Shown piece after piece: positions 48,119-58,205 of a stretch of DNA of 64,000 bases. Position numbers and translations under genes: made by a program. The notes under the pieces were generated by a model, which saw nothing but the letters and a program-made list of their open reading frames with translations, had not been told where the DNA came from and ran no database searches. The DNA comes from an uncultured Bifidobacteriaceae bacterium (GTDB lineage: Bacteria; Acidobacteriota; Vicinamibacteria; Vicinamibacterales; JAENWD01): contig CAYUPN010000005.1 in assembly GCA_964446605.1 (NCBI GenBank), forward strand, positions 5,039 to 69,038. Direction: 5' to 3'. Positions within the stretch are counted from its first letter, which is position 1. Each line of letters starts with the position of its first letter.

Positions 48119-50007
48119 CGCGCCGCCGCGGAAGGTTCGGGCGCCGGGCTCGAGACGCGATAGACGGCAGCGCCGCCCGCCCTGTACACGAGCGTGAGAA
48201 ACGGCGCGTCGGCCGGGCTGCTCCGTTCGCCGGGAAGGCGGGCCGGCGGCTTCCAGCGCCAGGCGCGATCGAGGCTCGACGGATCGCCGACCGATTCGGG
48301 GACCAGCACGTAGGAGATTCCCGCCTCGAGCAGCCGCTCGGCGTGCGCCGGATCGGCGGGGTCGCGCCAGAACGCGAGCAACGTCCGCTGCTCGTGTCGC
48401 GCGGCGCCGACGCCGTCCTCGCCAGCGAAGAAGGGCTGCATCCGGAAGTAGACGCAATCGCGTTCGGTCACCACGGGCGCCCAGTGCGCCTCCCAGTCAT
48501 GCTGGCGCTCGTAGTCACCCGGATAGTTCAGGATGCGGACGCCGGCGGGCGTCCGGTCGCGAATCCAGCGCATGGCGCGCAGGTCGTTCGCCGACGAGAA
48601 CGTGCCGAACCACGGAACGAGGGGCCGGGTGAACGGCAGCAGCACGTCCGCCATGAGCACGGCCATCGCCGCGAGCGCGGCGAACGCGGCCGTCACACGA
48701 ACGCGGCAGACCGGCACGGCACGCACTCGCGCGGCCGCCATGATCCACACGAGCGTGCCGGCCCCCAGCGTGAGGTACGGCACGATCGGACCGTGCCAGG
48801 CCAGGCTGAACGGGTAGTTGAACCGGAAGGCCAGTCCGGTGACCGCCGGGACGGCGCGTTCGAGCCAACCCAGCACGCTCGTCTCGATGATCAGGACGAT
48901 CCAGACGACCATCACGATGGCCCACGTGCGCCGCCGGCCCCAGACGAGCGCCCCCAGCACCGCCGCGAGCGGCCAGACGACCGCATGATAGAAGACGATC
49001 AGCCGCCAGTGCGACGGGTCGACGGAGTACGGCGATCGGATGCCGGCGCCGATGAGCGGCCACAACGTGGCAACCCACGGCGCAATCGTGAGCGCCGCGC
49101 CGACGGGAATCACGATGGTCGCGGTGATGAGCCGCCGGCGCGGACGCGCTCCCCTCCTGCTCCACCAGACGATGGCAAAGGCCAGCAGGCCCAGCGCGAG
49201 GATGACCGCGGTGTCCGCATGCGTCATCAGCACAGCGGCGGCGAGCACGATGGCCGCGCGCATGTCCGACGCACGGCCCGTCCGCAGGTACCGCATCTGC
49301 GCCGTCACGAACGCGATCAGGAACAGGAGCCCGACGACTGCCGTGTAGTGCGCGTCGAGCAGCGCCGTCCACATGCCTGCGCTCGACGTGGCGGCGACTG
49401 CCGTCGCCCAGGACCACCACGCGCGGTCGGCGGCCGTCGGTTCGGGCTGCACCGCCGGCGAAGCCTGCGGCTCGAGCGCCAGCTCCGCGCCAAGCTCCCA
49501 GGCGACGGCGACGACGAGGACTGCCGCCGCGTGGCTGACGCCCATCATCACCGCCGGCATCGAAGCCCCCGCGAGGGCCGATGCGGCCGCGAACAGCACC
49601 AGCGCTCCCGGGGAATAGAGGTAAGCGATCGCCGGACGCCAGGGCGCAAGGGAGTCCAGCGTGCCGCCGTCACGGACGGCGAGGGCGAGCATCCCGAATC
49701 CCTGCGCGTCGGTGTCGAGCGGCACCGGCAGGATCAGCAGCGGGACGGCCGCGACGATTCCTGCGACCGCGAGCACGCCGGCGGGGGGGCGCACGCCCTC
49801 GGCGAGCGGCAGCCCCCGGCGCCGCCGCGCAGCCAGCACGAGCAGCAGCCAGGCGGCGGCGATCGCGGCCGGCGAGAACGACCACAGCGCGGCAACCGTG
49901 ACGCCGACGATCACGACGCACGCGAGCGCGGCCACGGCGCGCAGCGGCGATCGGCCGCACGCCGCGACGGCGACGCCGGTCAGCAGCGCGATGACGAGGG
50001 CTTCCAC
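48115..50007 (-). CDS. polytopic membrane protein, probable GT-C fold
   Basis: DTDAQGFG acidic loop after the first TMs, YLYSPG, many TMs, C-terminal DLRAMRWIRDRTP...ISYVLV domain. Confidence 0.6.
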   Translation of the reverse strand: MEALVIALLTGVAVAACGRSPLRAVAALACVVIVGVTVAALWSFSPAAIAAAWLLLVLAARRRRGLPLAEGVRPPAGVLAVAGIVAAVPLLILPVPLDTDAQGFGMLALAVRDGGTLDSLAPWRPAIAYLYSPGALVLFAAASALAGASMPAVMMGVSHAAAVLVVAVAWELGAELALEPQASPAVQPEPTAADRAWWSWATAVAATSSAGMWTALLDAHYTAVVGLLFLIAFVTAQMRYLRTGRASDMRAAIVLAAAVLMTHADTAVILALGLLAFAIVWWSRRGARPRRRLITATIVIPVGAALTIAPWVATLWPLIGAGIRSPYSVDPSHWRLIVFYHAVVWPLAAVLGALVWGRRRTWAIVMVVWIVLIIETSVLGWLERAVPAVTGLAFRFNYPFSLAWHGPIVPYLTLGAGTLVWIMAAARVRAVPVCRVRVTAAFAALAAMAVLMADVLLPFTRPLVPWFGTFSSANDLRAMRWIRDRTPAGVRILNYPGDYERQHDWEAHWAPVVTERDCVYFRMQPFFAGEDGVGAARHEQRTLLAFWRDPADPAHAERLLEAGISYVLVPESVGDPSSLDRAWRWKPPARLPGERSSPADAPFLTLVYRAGGAAVYRVSSPAPEPSAAAR

Positions 50008-51692
50008 TAGGGCGGCTGAATTCCTTCCTGCTCCGGCCGGTGGACTGCGGCCCCCGTGGCGTAGAGCGCGTACCCGTCGGTTGTGCGCCAGAGAGGCGCG
50101 ACGGCAGGCGCCGGATCCAACGCCTCACCCGCGCGGCGGTGGTACACGACGTAGTCGAACGCCTCCGACAGCGCGGACGGTGATTCGTCCGGCTCGCGGT
50201 AGTCGAGGCCGGCGAACCGGCGTCGATCGAGATGGAAGCGCGCCATTGGCGGCACGCCGCCCACCCGGCTCCCCGCCGGCAACCGGTTCAGCGCCGCCGC
50301 CAGATCGTACAACCCGCCGATCCGGACCCGGTGCCGATCCGCGTTCGTCATGAGGGGTGTCCGCGCGAGCACCGCTTTGTGCTCGACGCTCTTGCGAAAG
50401 GCCGCGGCCGTGGCGTAGAGGCTCACGGCCAGCGCGGCAATGGTCGCCACGCGAAGCCGTCCGGGCGCGGAACCGGCGGCGATCCACGCGGCGGCATCGG
50501 TCAGCATCAGCGCGCCCATCGCAGCCAGCAGCGGAACGACCGTCATGAGGAAGCGGGCGTCATAGCTCGCCAGCCACCACCAGGCGGCGGCGTACGGCGT
50601 GAGCAGCACCAGCAGAACGTAGGCGGCGTCCCGCTGGCAGCCACGCCGCACGGCACGAACGACGGCGAAGGGGATCGCGGCGGTGAAGATCCAGCCGCTG
50701 ATACCGAAGTGCCGATCGGGCGCCAGCATCACACCCGCGGCACCGATTGTGTGGCGGGCGAGGTCGGTGAACGCCGTGGGCGGCACCACGAACCCGTGGA
50801 GCGACAGGTTCCGGATGTACCACGGACCCGCCACGGCAGCGGTGACGCCGAGCACGGTGGCGAGATCGACCCACGGCCCTCTCGTGCGCGCGCCATGTCC
50901 GTCCGCCATGGTCGGTCTCGACAGCACCAGCCAGACGAGCGATGGCAGCAGCGCGAGCGTGCTGTTCTTCGTCCACATCGCCAGGCCGGCTGCGATCCCC
51001 GTGCACACCAGCGCGCCGCGCGTGCCGGATGTCCACCATCGCCACGCGAAGATCGCGGTGAGCCCCACGTAGAAAGCGGCGGGAATGTCGGTATAGCCGG
51101 TCGAGGCCCACCGCCCGAACACCGGCGTGAACGCGATCAGCGCGGCCGCGACCACCCCCGCACCGCGTCGCGACATGTCGCGCGCCAGGATCCCTCCGGC
51201 ACCAATCGTCCCGATGGCCAGGAGCGCGGCAACGAGCCTGGGCAGCCACTCGGACACCGCTCCCGCGGCCCGATACGCAAGCGCGTACGCGATCGGCACG
51301 AGCATCGGGTAGGTCTCGTGAAGTCCCTCGCCCACCGGCAGGGTCCCGGTTTCGGCGATGTGGCGGGCGAAGGGGGCGTAGAGCGCCAGGGCGTCCCCGA
51401 TTTCGAAGGGCCAGTAGACCGCGTTGAAGAGGATGCCGGCGCAGCACACGGCGATGCCGGCGATCAGGACAGGAGCGAGCGGCTCGCGCAGGATCGCGCG
51501 GGATGGCGTCCTGACGCTGCGACCGGATTCGCGCGAGCGGCCGCCTGCGGCCGCGGCAGCCGGCCACCCGAGCAGACCCGCGGCGGCGCCCAGCGCGAAC
51601 ACCGGACCCTCCGGCCACACGAGCATCGCCCAGAACGTGCCCAGGGTAGCCAGCCCGAGGCCGAACCCCGCGGCCGTGACCGCACGTCGCAT
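50007..51692 (-). CDS. GT-C (ArnT/GT39-like) membrane glycosyltransferase
   Basis: GDALALY, YPMLVP, GYTDIP, GLAMWTK, PWYIRN, RFL. Confidence 0.75.
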   Translation of the reverse strand: MRRAVTAAGFGLGLATLGTFWAMLVWPEGPVFALGAAAGLLGWPAAAAAGGRSRESGRSVRTPSRAILREPLAPVLIAGIAVCCAGILFNAVYWPFEIGDALALYAPFARHIAETGTLPVGEGLHETYPMLVPIAYALAYRAAGAVSEWLPRLVAALLAIGTIGAGGILARDMSRRGAGVVAAALIAFTPVFGRWASTGYTDIPAAFYVGLTAIFAWRWWTSGTRGALVCTGIAAGLAMWTKNSTLALLPSLVWLVLSRPTMADGHGARTRGPWVDLATVLGVTAAVAGPWYIRNLSLHGFVVPPTAFTDLARHTIGAAGVMLAPDRHFGISGWIFTAAIPFAVVRAVRRGCQRDAAYVLLVLLTPYAAAWWWLASYDARFLMTVVPLLAAMGALMLTDAAAWIAAGSAPGRLRVATIAALAVSLYATAAAFRKSVEHKAVLARTPLMTNADRHRVRIGGLYDLAAALNRLPAGSRVGGVPPMARFHLDRRRFAGLDYREPDESPSALSEAFDYVVYHRRAGEALDPAPAVAPLWRTTDGYALYATGAAVHRPEQEGIQPP

Positions 51693-51739
51693 CTTCGGCA
51701 GAGGCAATGATAGTGTATGGCCCGTACGACCCCACGCGA

Positions 51740-53017
51740 ATGAAAACGGACCACGGGCTGGGCGCCTCCTGCGAGGGCCAGGCCCCGACCGCATCCGATG
51801 CGACTGGCCCGGCCCCCGCATCACGCACGGCGAGGCCGCTACGGGTGCTGCAGATCATCACACGCTTGAACATCGGCGGGCCGGCCCGCCACACGCTGAC
51901 GACCGCGCGCGAATTGCGCGCCCTGGGGGTCGTGCCGCTCGTCGTTTTTGGCGCCGCAGACGCTCACGAGGGCACCTTCGAAGGCGGACCGGAGGCCGAG
52001 GGCTGCGAGGCCGTGCGGATCGCCGCGCTCGGCAGGCCCGTCCGGCCCTGGCACGACATGATTGCGCTCGCACGCCTGACGCGGCTCGTGTTCGCCGAGC
52101 GGCCGGACGTCGTCCACACGCACACGGCCAAGGCCGGCGTGCTCGGCCGCCTCGCCGCATTCGCTTACAACCTGACCCGCCGTGACCACTCGCGATGCGT
52201 CGTCGTCCACACCTTCCACGGCCACATCTTCACCGGCTACTTCGGCGCAACGGGAAGCCGCCTGGTGCAGCTCGTGGAGCGCGTCATGGCCGGCGTGACC
52301 GACCGGATCCTGACCGTCTCGCCGCGCCTGCTGAACGACATCTGCGTCCACTTCCGCGTCGCGCACGCCGAACGGGCGGAAGTGCTGGAAATCGACGCCG
52401 GCCTCGAGCCACTGCTCCACCTCGAAGGCCGATCCCCGTTGCGTGGCGAGCTCGGCTTTGCTCCCCACCATGTGGTCTTCGGCTACGTGGGGCGGTTCGT
52501 GCCGATCAAGAACCTGCCGACCCTGCTGCGCGCGTTCGGCCGGCTCTCGGCGCGCTGCGACCACGTCCGGCTGCTGCTCGTCGGCGACGGCGAGCTCCGG
52601 CGATCCATGGAGAGGCTGGCGGCCGAGCTCGGACTGAACGGCCGCGTACACTTCACCGGCTGGGTCCGCGATCTCCCGGCCATCTACGGCGCGCTGGACG
52701 TCGCGGTGCTGACGTCGATCAACGAAGGCACGCCGCTCGTGCTGCTCGAGGCGATGGCGGCCGGACGCCCCGTGATCGCGACGGCCGTGGGCGGCGTGGA
52801 GGATCTCATCGACGGCGGGCGCACCGGGCTGCTCGTGGCCGCCGGGGACGAGGATGCGCTGGTGACGGCCATGGCGCGGGTCGCCGCGTCGCCGGACGAG
52901 CGCGAGCGGCTCGGACAGGCCGCCCGCCGCGCGATTGCGGACGCGCGTGGCAGGCACACGACGGCTGCACGCCTGGCCGCGCTCTATCACTCACTGCTCG
53001 AGGAGCGGCGTGTGTGA
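51740..53017 (+). CDS. GT4 glycosyltransferase
   Basis: ITRLNIGGP, HTHTAKAG, HTFHGH, GRFVPIK, NEGTPLVLLEAM. Confidence 0.9.
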   Translation: MKTDHGLGASCEGQAPTASDATGPAPASRTARPLRVLQIITRLNIGGPARHTLTTARELRALGVVPLVVFGAADAHEGTFEGGPEAEGCEAVRIAALGRPVRPWHDMIALARLTRLVFAERPDVVHTHTAKAGVLGRLAAFAYNLTRRDHSRCVVVHTFHGHIFTGYFGATGSRLVQLVERVMAGVTDRILTVSPRLLNDICVHFRVAHAERAEVLEIDAGLEPLLHLEGRSPLRGELGFAPHHVVFGYVGRFVPIKNLPTLLRAFGRLSARCDHVRLLLVGDGELRRSMERLAAELGLNGRVHFTGWVRDLPAIYGALDVAVLTSINEGTPLVLLEAMAAGRPVIATAVGGVEDLIDGGRTGLLVAAGDEDALVTAMARVAASPDERERLGQAARRAIADARGRHTTAARLAALYHSLLEERRV

Positions 53018-53334
53018 AAGTCCGCATCGAGCGGAGACCCTCGCCGCCTGAGCTGTGTGCCTCGCGAGCCACAGCCACGCTCGCCGCCCCGGCCCGCATC
53101 ATGGGCACGGCGAGCATCATCATGATCCCGTGCACGGCGAACGCCGCCGCGAGCACGAGTCCGAGCACTGTCACAGCCATCGTCACGCCCGACCGCCCGT
53201 TCGCGTCCGACTGCAGCGAAGACGCGCGAGCGAGTCCGGTGTGACAGCTCATCCTTCAACTTGTACTGGACGGTCTCTTGCATGAGTGGTCATGCCCGGA
53301 GCACGGGCATCAAACCTTCGAACAGGGAGACGTC

Positions 53335-53715
53335 ATGGCAGTACGCAAGGCAGCCGTTCGCCCCGCCACGCGCGCGGGAGCCAGCGTGGCCGCCGCCACG
53401 AGGACCACGGCGAGAAGCACGAAGTCAGCTCCGACCACCAAGCGGTCGACGACCAGGAAGACCACCACGAAGAGCGCCGCGCCGACCACCCGCACCAGGA
53501 GCACCAGCGCGGTGAAGAAGACCACCGGCAGGAGTGCGACGAAAGCCCCGCGGAAGCACGTCGGCGACGTGATCGGTCTCGGCCCGGCGAATCCGCCGAA
53601 GCCGGCATCGCGACCGGCGAGCCGCGGCAGACGGCCGAAGGGAATCGAGATCTCGACGCGCGGGCAGGGAAGACTCCCGCAGGCCCGGGTGACCGGAGGC
53701 TCGAGCCGGCGCTAG
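53335..53715 (+). CDS. small, highly basic histone-H1-like protein
   Basis: K/R/T/S/A-rich low-complexity N-half; GGGAGA RBS before ATG 53335. Confidence 0.55.
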   Translation: MAVRKAAVRPATRAGASVAAATRTTARSTKSAPTTKRSTTRKTTTKSAAPTTRTRSTSAVKKTTGRSATKAPRKHVGDVIGLGPANPPKPASRPASRGRRPKGIEISTRGQGRLPQARVTGGSSRR

Positions 53716-53766
53716 AGCGAGGCGGGGCTCAGCTCCGCCCCGCCTCTCCCGTTCCACCGGTCGCGA

Positions 53767-55020
53767 CTACAGATAGCTCAACCACCAGTCGCGACGCCGC
53801 GCCTTCAGCCGCATGTAATAAAGACAGACGCCGTACAAGCTCGCGACGACTGCAAACCAGACGGCGTAGACGACGCCGAGGTCCCACCCGTAGTCGGACG
53901 GAAACGCCTCACGCGGGCTTCCCAGCGTCGGCGGCGGCAGGAACAGGAACGGTGTCGCCCCGTACCGGACCGCGTTCATGGCGATCGCCACCGCGTGGAC
54001 GACCGGGATGTGGAGCACGAAGAAGAACAGCGGCACGCGGCCGAAGACGAGCAGCGGGTCGCGATCGCCGGCGCGCAGCCGATCGGCCCACGCGAGAAAC
54101 AGCAGCGCCGGCCCGAGCGTCATCAGCAGGAACGTCAGCGATGGCGGATACTTCGTCGCGTTCAGGAACGACAGGACGGTGAATAGCGGCGCGTCCTGAA
54201 CCGCCCACGGCCGCGGGTCGCCGTATCCGTTCAGTGCGCGCACCACGACGAAGCCGAGCGTGAGCGCAATGCCGGGCCGGATCAGCAGCCGGCGACGACG
54301 CTCGGGCGGCAGATCGTAGACGCGCCCCAGACAGAAGCCCGCCGCCATCACGCCGATCCACGGGATCAGCGGATACGCGACGATCACGAGCGGCGACAGC
54401 GAGAGCAGTCCCGGCACGTGAAGCACCTGCCACACCGGGCCCAGGGGACCGGGCTGCTGCGGAGTCACGCCATCGAACAGGTTGTGACCGGCAATCATCG
54501 CGACGGCGATCGCCAGGATCGCGCGCCACGGCAGACGGATCAGCGCGGCCAGCACGATCATGCTCATCCCCAGCGCCCAGAAGACGAGCAGCAGGAACGG
54601 CACCTCGAACACGTCGAAGAAGAAGCCGGCCCTGACGACCGTGAACTCGAGCAGGACAAGCCAGAGCCCACGCGTCCACAGGAATCTCGACAGCTCCGGA
54701 ACGGTCCCGCCGCGACGAAGGCGGAGGTACGCGCCGATCCCGGCGCACAGCATGAACACCGGCGCGCAGAAGTGCGTGATCCACCGGGTCAGAAAGGTCG
54801 CCGCCGTGGCCTGCGTCAGATCCTCGGGCGGAAACGCCATCGCCGGCGCATGGACGAAGTCGCGCGTGTGGTCGATGGCCATCAGGACGATGACGAGACC
54901 GCGGAGGATGTCGACGGACTGGACGCGGGTGCGTGCAACCGGGGGCGCGACCGTGCCGGGCGGCGCCGTCGAGACGCTTCCGGCGGCGGGAGATATCCCT
55001 CCGGAAATCTGATTGCCCAT
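53767..55020 (-). CDS. DUF1624 / heparan-alpha-glucosaminide N-acetyltransferase-like membrane protein
   Basis: SVDILRG..IVLMAIDH.RD, TRWITHFCAP, TKYPPSL, GRVPLFFFVLH, WWLSYL. Confidence 0.85.
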   Translation of the reverse strand: MGNQISGGISPAAGSVSTAPPGTVAPPVARTRVQSVDILRGLVIVLMAIDHTRDFVHAPAMAFPPEDLTQATAATFLTRWITHFCAPVFMLCAGIGAYLRLRRGGTVPELSRFLWTRGLWLVLLEFTVVRAGFFFDVFEVPFLLLVFWALGMSMIVLAALIRLPWRAILAIAVAMIAGHNLFDGVTPQQPGPLGPVWQVLHVPGLLSLSPLVIVAYPLIPWIGVMAAGFCLGRVYDLPPERRRRLLIRPGIALTLGFVVVRALNGYGDPRPWAVQDAPLFTVLSFLNATKYPPSLTFLLMTLGPALLFLAWADRLRAGDRDPLLVFGRVPLFFFVLHIPVVHAVAIAMNAVRYGATPFLFLPPPTLGSPREAFPSDYGWDLGVVYAVWFAVVASLYGVCLYYMRLKARRRDWWLSYL

Positions 55021-55216
55021 GCGAGGACCAGGGGGACGAGCGTGGAGGGCAGAGTATACCGATCGATCCCTCCCGCGCGGGCGATTTCTGCGGCGCGCTC
55101 ACCCACATCTCACCTCGCCCTCACGGCACGCTGAGGACTTCCGGCGCCTCCACGGACGATGCTCGCGGGAAATCGCGGGCACCGTGCGCCCGCCTGCCAG
55201 CCAGACCGGAGGATGC

Positions 55217-55690
55217 ATGAACACGCTTGCCCTGAGCCCGGCCATTCATCACACGACCATCCGCGTGACGACCACCAGCCCGACGGCATTCGTCGATCTC
55301 ACGGAGCGCCTGCAGGCCTGCGTGAGCGGCATCCGCCTCCGCACGGGCCTCCTCACGGTCCAGACCCGTCACACGACGACCGGCATCATCGTCAACGAAC
55401 ACGAGCCGCGACTGCTGGAGGATTTCCGGGCGCTGCTGGAGCAGCTCGCCCCGGCGCAGGCCGAGTACCGTCACGACACGGCGCCCGCGCGCGACGGGCA
55501 GCCGCCTGAGGCCGAGCGCCGCAACGGGCATGCACACTGCCGGGCGCTGCTGATGCCGACGTCCGCCGGCCTGACGGTGGCGGACGGACGGCTGCAGCTC
55601 GGGCGATGGCAGCGGGTGTTCCTGCTCGAGCTGGACGGCCCGCAGGAGCGGGAGATTGTGGTGCTGGCGGTGGGGGAGTGCGAGCGATGA
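55217..55690 (+). CDS. yjbQ: YjbQ / UPF0047 family protein
   Basis: HTTTGIIVNE, YRHD, NGHAH, LGRWQ..FLLELDGP..R. Confidence 0.88.
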   Translation: MNTLALSPAIHHTTIRVTTTSPTAFVDLTERLQACVSGIRLRTGLLTVQTRHTTTGIIVNEHEPRLLEDFRALLEQLAPAQAEYRHDTAPARDGQPPEAERRNGHAHCRALLMPTSAGLTVADGRLQLGRWQRVFLLELDGPQEREIVVLAVGECER

Positions 55691-55691
55691 T

Positions 55692-55746
55692 TAGGGCCGG
55701 ATTCTGTCCGGCCCATTTGATGGCCGAACTGAAGTTCGGCCCTACG
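55692..55746. repeat. GTAG-type REP doublet (inverted degenerate unit plus copy 2)
   Basis: tagggccggattctgtccggccc followed by atggccgaactgaagttcggccctacg, between convergent genes. Confidence 0.8.
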
Positions 55747-55748
55747 TT

Positions 55749-58205
55749 CTACTCGTCGCGCAGGACGACGACCGGGTCGACCCGCGTGGCGCGGTGCGCG
55801 GGCACGATGCACGCGAGCGTCGCGATGGCGCCGATTGCCGCGACCACGCCGCCAATCGTCAGCGGATCGGTCGGCTCGACGCCGAAGAGGAGCGACTCCA
55901 TGAGCCGGGTCAGGGCCACCGACCCGGCAACCCCGACAGTCGCACCGATGCCGGCCAGCGAGAGCCCCTGACCCATGACGCTCGTCAGCACGCGGCTGCG
56001 CTCCGCGCCGAGCGCCATGCGGATGCCGATCTCGCGGCGTCGCTCGCTGACCATGTAGGACAGCACCCCGTAGGTCCCCACGGCCGCCAGCAGCAGCGCG
56101 AGGCCCGCGAAGATCCCGAGCAGGCTGGCGATCAGCCGCGGACGGTTCAGCGACTCGGCGAAGACCTCGTCCATCGCCCGGAGCCTGATGATCGGCAGCG
56201 TCGGATCGGCGGCGCGCACGACGCGCTCGATGGACGGCGCAAGCGTTTCGACCGGGAGCGTGGTCCGAAGGGCGACGTGCATGTTCGTCGGCGCGAAGTT
56301 GACGTGCCGGACCGCACTGCCCTCGTGGAAGTACACCTCTGTGCCCGTCTTCTGATCGACGCCCCCCTGCTTCACGTCCTTCGCGACGCCGACGATCGTC
56401 ATCCAGATCTCCTCGGGACCGGTCGACGGCGCCACGCGTGCGCCGAGCGGCGATCGGTCGGGCCAGAACGTCCGCGCCATGGTCTCGTTGATGACGACCA
56501 CCGGCGGGCCTTCCGCGTCGCTCGGAGTGAACCCGCGCCCCTCGACGATGGGGATGCCCATCGTTTCGAAGTAACGGTCGGCGACCATCTGGTAGTAGTC
56601 GACGTTCTCGTAGGGGCCGCCCTCGGGCGCGGTGTAGCCCTCGATATCGGTGTCGTTCGCGTCGACCCGGCGCTGCGGCGGCAGGCCCCGCATCAGCGTG
56701 ACGCCCTGCACGCCCGGGATGGCGGCGAGCTCCCGCTGGATCCGCTGATGGAACGCGTGGACCATCACGGGCTCGGAATAGGTCGCGGTCGGCACGTCGA
56801 GCGCGAAGGTCACGAGACGCGACCGGTCGAAGCCCGCGTCGACGTTCAGCAGGTTGACCACCGTCCGCAGCATCAGGCCGGCGCCGACCACCAGGAGCAC
56901 GGCCAGGGCGACTTCGGCGGTGACGAGCGCGCGGCGGACGTAGTGACGAGCGCCGGTCGACCCGCGCGCGCCCCCCTCCTTCAGCGCATTCGCGACGCCG
57001 CCGGACGACACGCTCAGCAGCGGCGCCAGCCCGAAGATCGCGCCGGTCACCACCGCGACGGCAAGCGTGAACAGCAGGACCGCCGGGTCCACCGCGATGT
57101 CGGCCGAGCGCGGGAGGCTGTCGGGGAATGCGGCGGTCAACGCGCGCACGCCGCCGTACGCCAGGCCGAGTCCCAGGACCGCGCCGAGCAGCGCGAGCAG
57201 AATGCCTTCCGTCAGGAATTGCGCGATGAGGCGGCCCCTGCCGGCGCCGAGCGCCAGCCGGACCGCGAACTCGCGCTGCCGGGTGGACGCGCGCGCGAGC
57301 AGCAGGTTCGCCAGGTTCGCGCAGGCGATGAGGAGCACGAAGCCGACCGCCGCCTGGAGCACCCAGATCGCGCGGCGCGCGGAGCCGACGATCTCCTCCT
57401 GCAGCGGCTCCATCTGCATCGCGTGCGCGTTCTCGACGAGGCTGTAGACGTGGTTGCGGACGCCGACGCGCTCGCCCCAGTTCGCCATCAGCGTGCGCAG
57501 TTCCGTCTGCGCGGCCTCGAGCGTGACGCCGTCCTTCAGCCGGCCGATCAGATAGAGATAGTGGTTGCCGCGGTTCTGGCGGTTCTCGGGATTGAGCCGG
57601 AGCGGCAGCCACACCTGCACGCCGGCGTCCATGACGTCGAAGCGGGGCGGCATGATGCCGACGACCTCGCGCCGGACGCCGTTGACGTCCACGGTCTGCC
57701 CGATCAGGTCGCGCCCGCCGAAGACGGACTGCCAGATCTCGTGCGACAGGATGACGATCTCGGGGCCGTTCTCCCGCGTCTCGTCGCGCGTGAACCAGCG
57801 GCCGGTCTGCGGCGAGACCGCGAGCGCCTCGAGCAGCTGCGCGTCGACGCTGCCGCTGACGACGCGCCGCGGCCGGTCCAGCGCGGCGAGGTTCACCTCC
57901 GAGGTCGTGAACGCGCCGATGACCGAGAAGGACTGGTTCATCTCGCTCATCTCGAAGTACTCGGGCGGCGAGACCCAGAACTGGTCGAATCCCAGCGCCG
58001 GGAAGCGGCTGGTCAGGAACACCAGCTGCTCCGGGCTCGGGTAGCCGAGCGGCCGCAGGATGACGCCGCGCACCACCGAGAAGATGGCGGTGTTCGCGCC
58101 GATGCCGAGCGCGAGCGTCAGGATCGTCACGGCCGCGAACCCGGGCGCACGCACCAGGTTGCGGATGGCGGAGCGGAGGTCGCGGCGGATGTGGTCGAGC
58201 GTCAT
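55749..58205 (-). CDS. ADOP/MacB-type duplicated ABC transporter permease
   Basis: LALGIGANTAIFSVV, LLIACANLANLLLAR, R.ALGA.R, YGVLSY.V..R.REIGIRMALGA, DP...LR. Confidence 0.93.
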   Translation of the reverse strand: MTLDHIRRDLRSAIRNLVRAPGFAAVTILTLALGIGANTAIFSVVRGVILRPLGYPSPEQLVFLTSRFPALGFDQFWVSPPEYFEMSEMNQSFSVIGAFTTSEVNLAALDRPRRVVSGSVDAQLLEALAVSPQTGRWFTRDETRENGPEIVILSHEIWQSVFGGRDLIGQTVDVNGVRREVVGIMPPRFDVMDAGVQVWLPLRLNPENRQNRGNHYLYLIGRLKDGVTLEAAQTELRTLMANWGERVGVRNHVYSLVENAHAMQMEPLQEEIVGSARRAIWVLQAAVGFVLLIACANLANLLLARASTRQREFAVRLALGAGRGRLIAQFLTEGILLALLGAVLGLGLAYGGVRALTAAFPDSLPRSADIAVDPAVLLFTLAVAVVTGAIFGLAPLLSVSSGGVANALKEGGARGSTGARHYVRRALVTAEVALAVLLVVGAGLMLRTVVNLLNVDAGFDRSRLVTFALDVPTATYSEPVMVHAFHQRIQRELAAIPGVQGVTLMRGLPPQRRVDANDTDIEGYTAPEGGPYENVDYYQMVADRYFETMGIPIVEGRGFTPSDAEGPPVVVINETMARTFWPDRSPLGARVAPSTGPEEIWMTIVGVAKDVKQGGVDQKTGTEVYFHEGSAVRHVNFAPTNMHVALRTTLPVETLAPSIERVVRAADPTLPIIRLRAMDEVFAESLNRPRLIASLLGIFAGLALLLAAVGTYGVLSYMVSERRREIGIRMALGAERSRVLTSVMGQGLSLAGIGATVGVAGSVALTRLMESLLFGVEPTDPLTIGGVVAAIGAIATLACIVPAHRATRVDPVVVLRDE

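Noticed and set aside
52806-53283. Minus-strand small ORFs, one with a hydrophobic stretch (MAVTVLGLVLAAAFAVHG)
   Set aside because: No recognisable family, and both overlap the GT4 3' end. A frameshifted small membrane gene is possible but not supportable.
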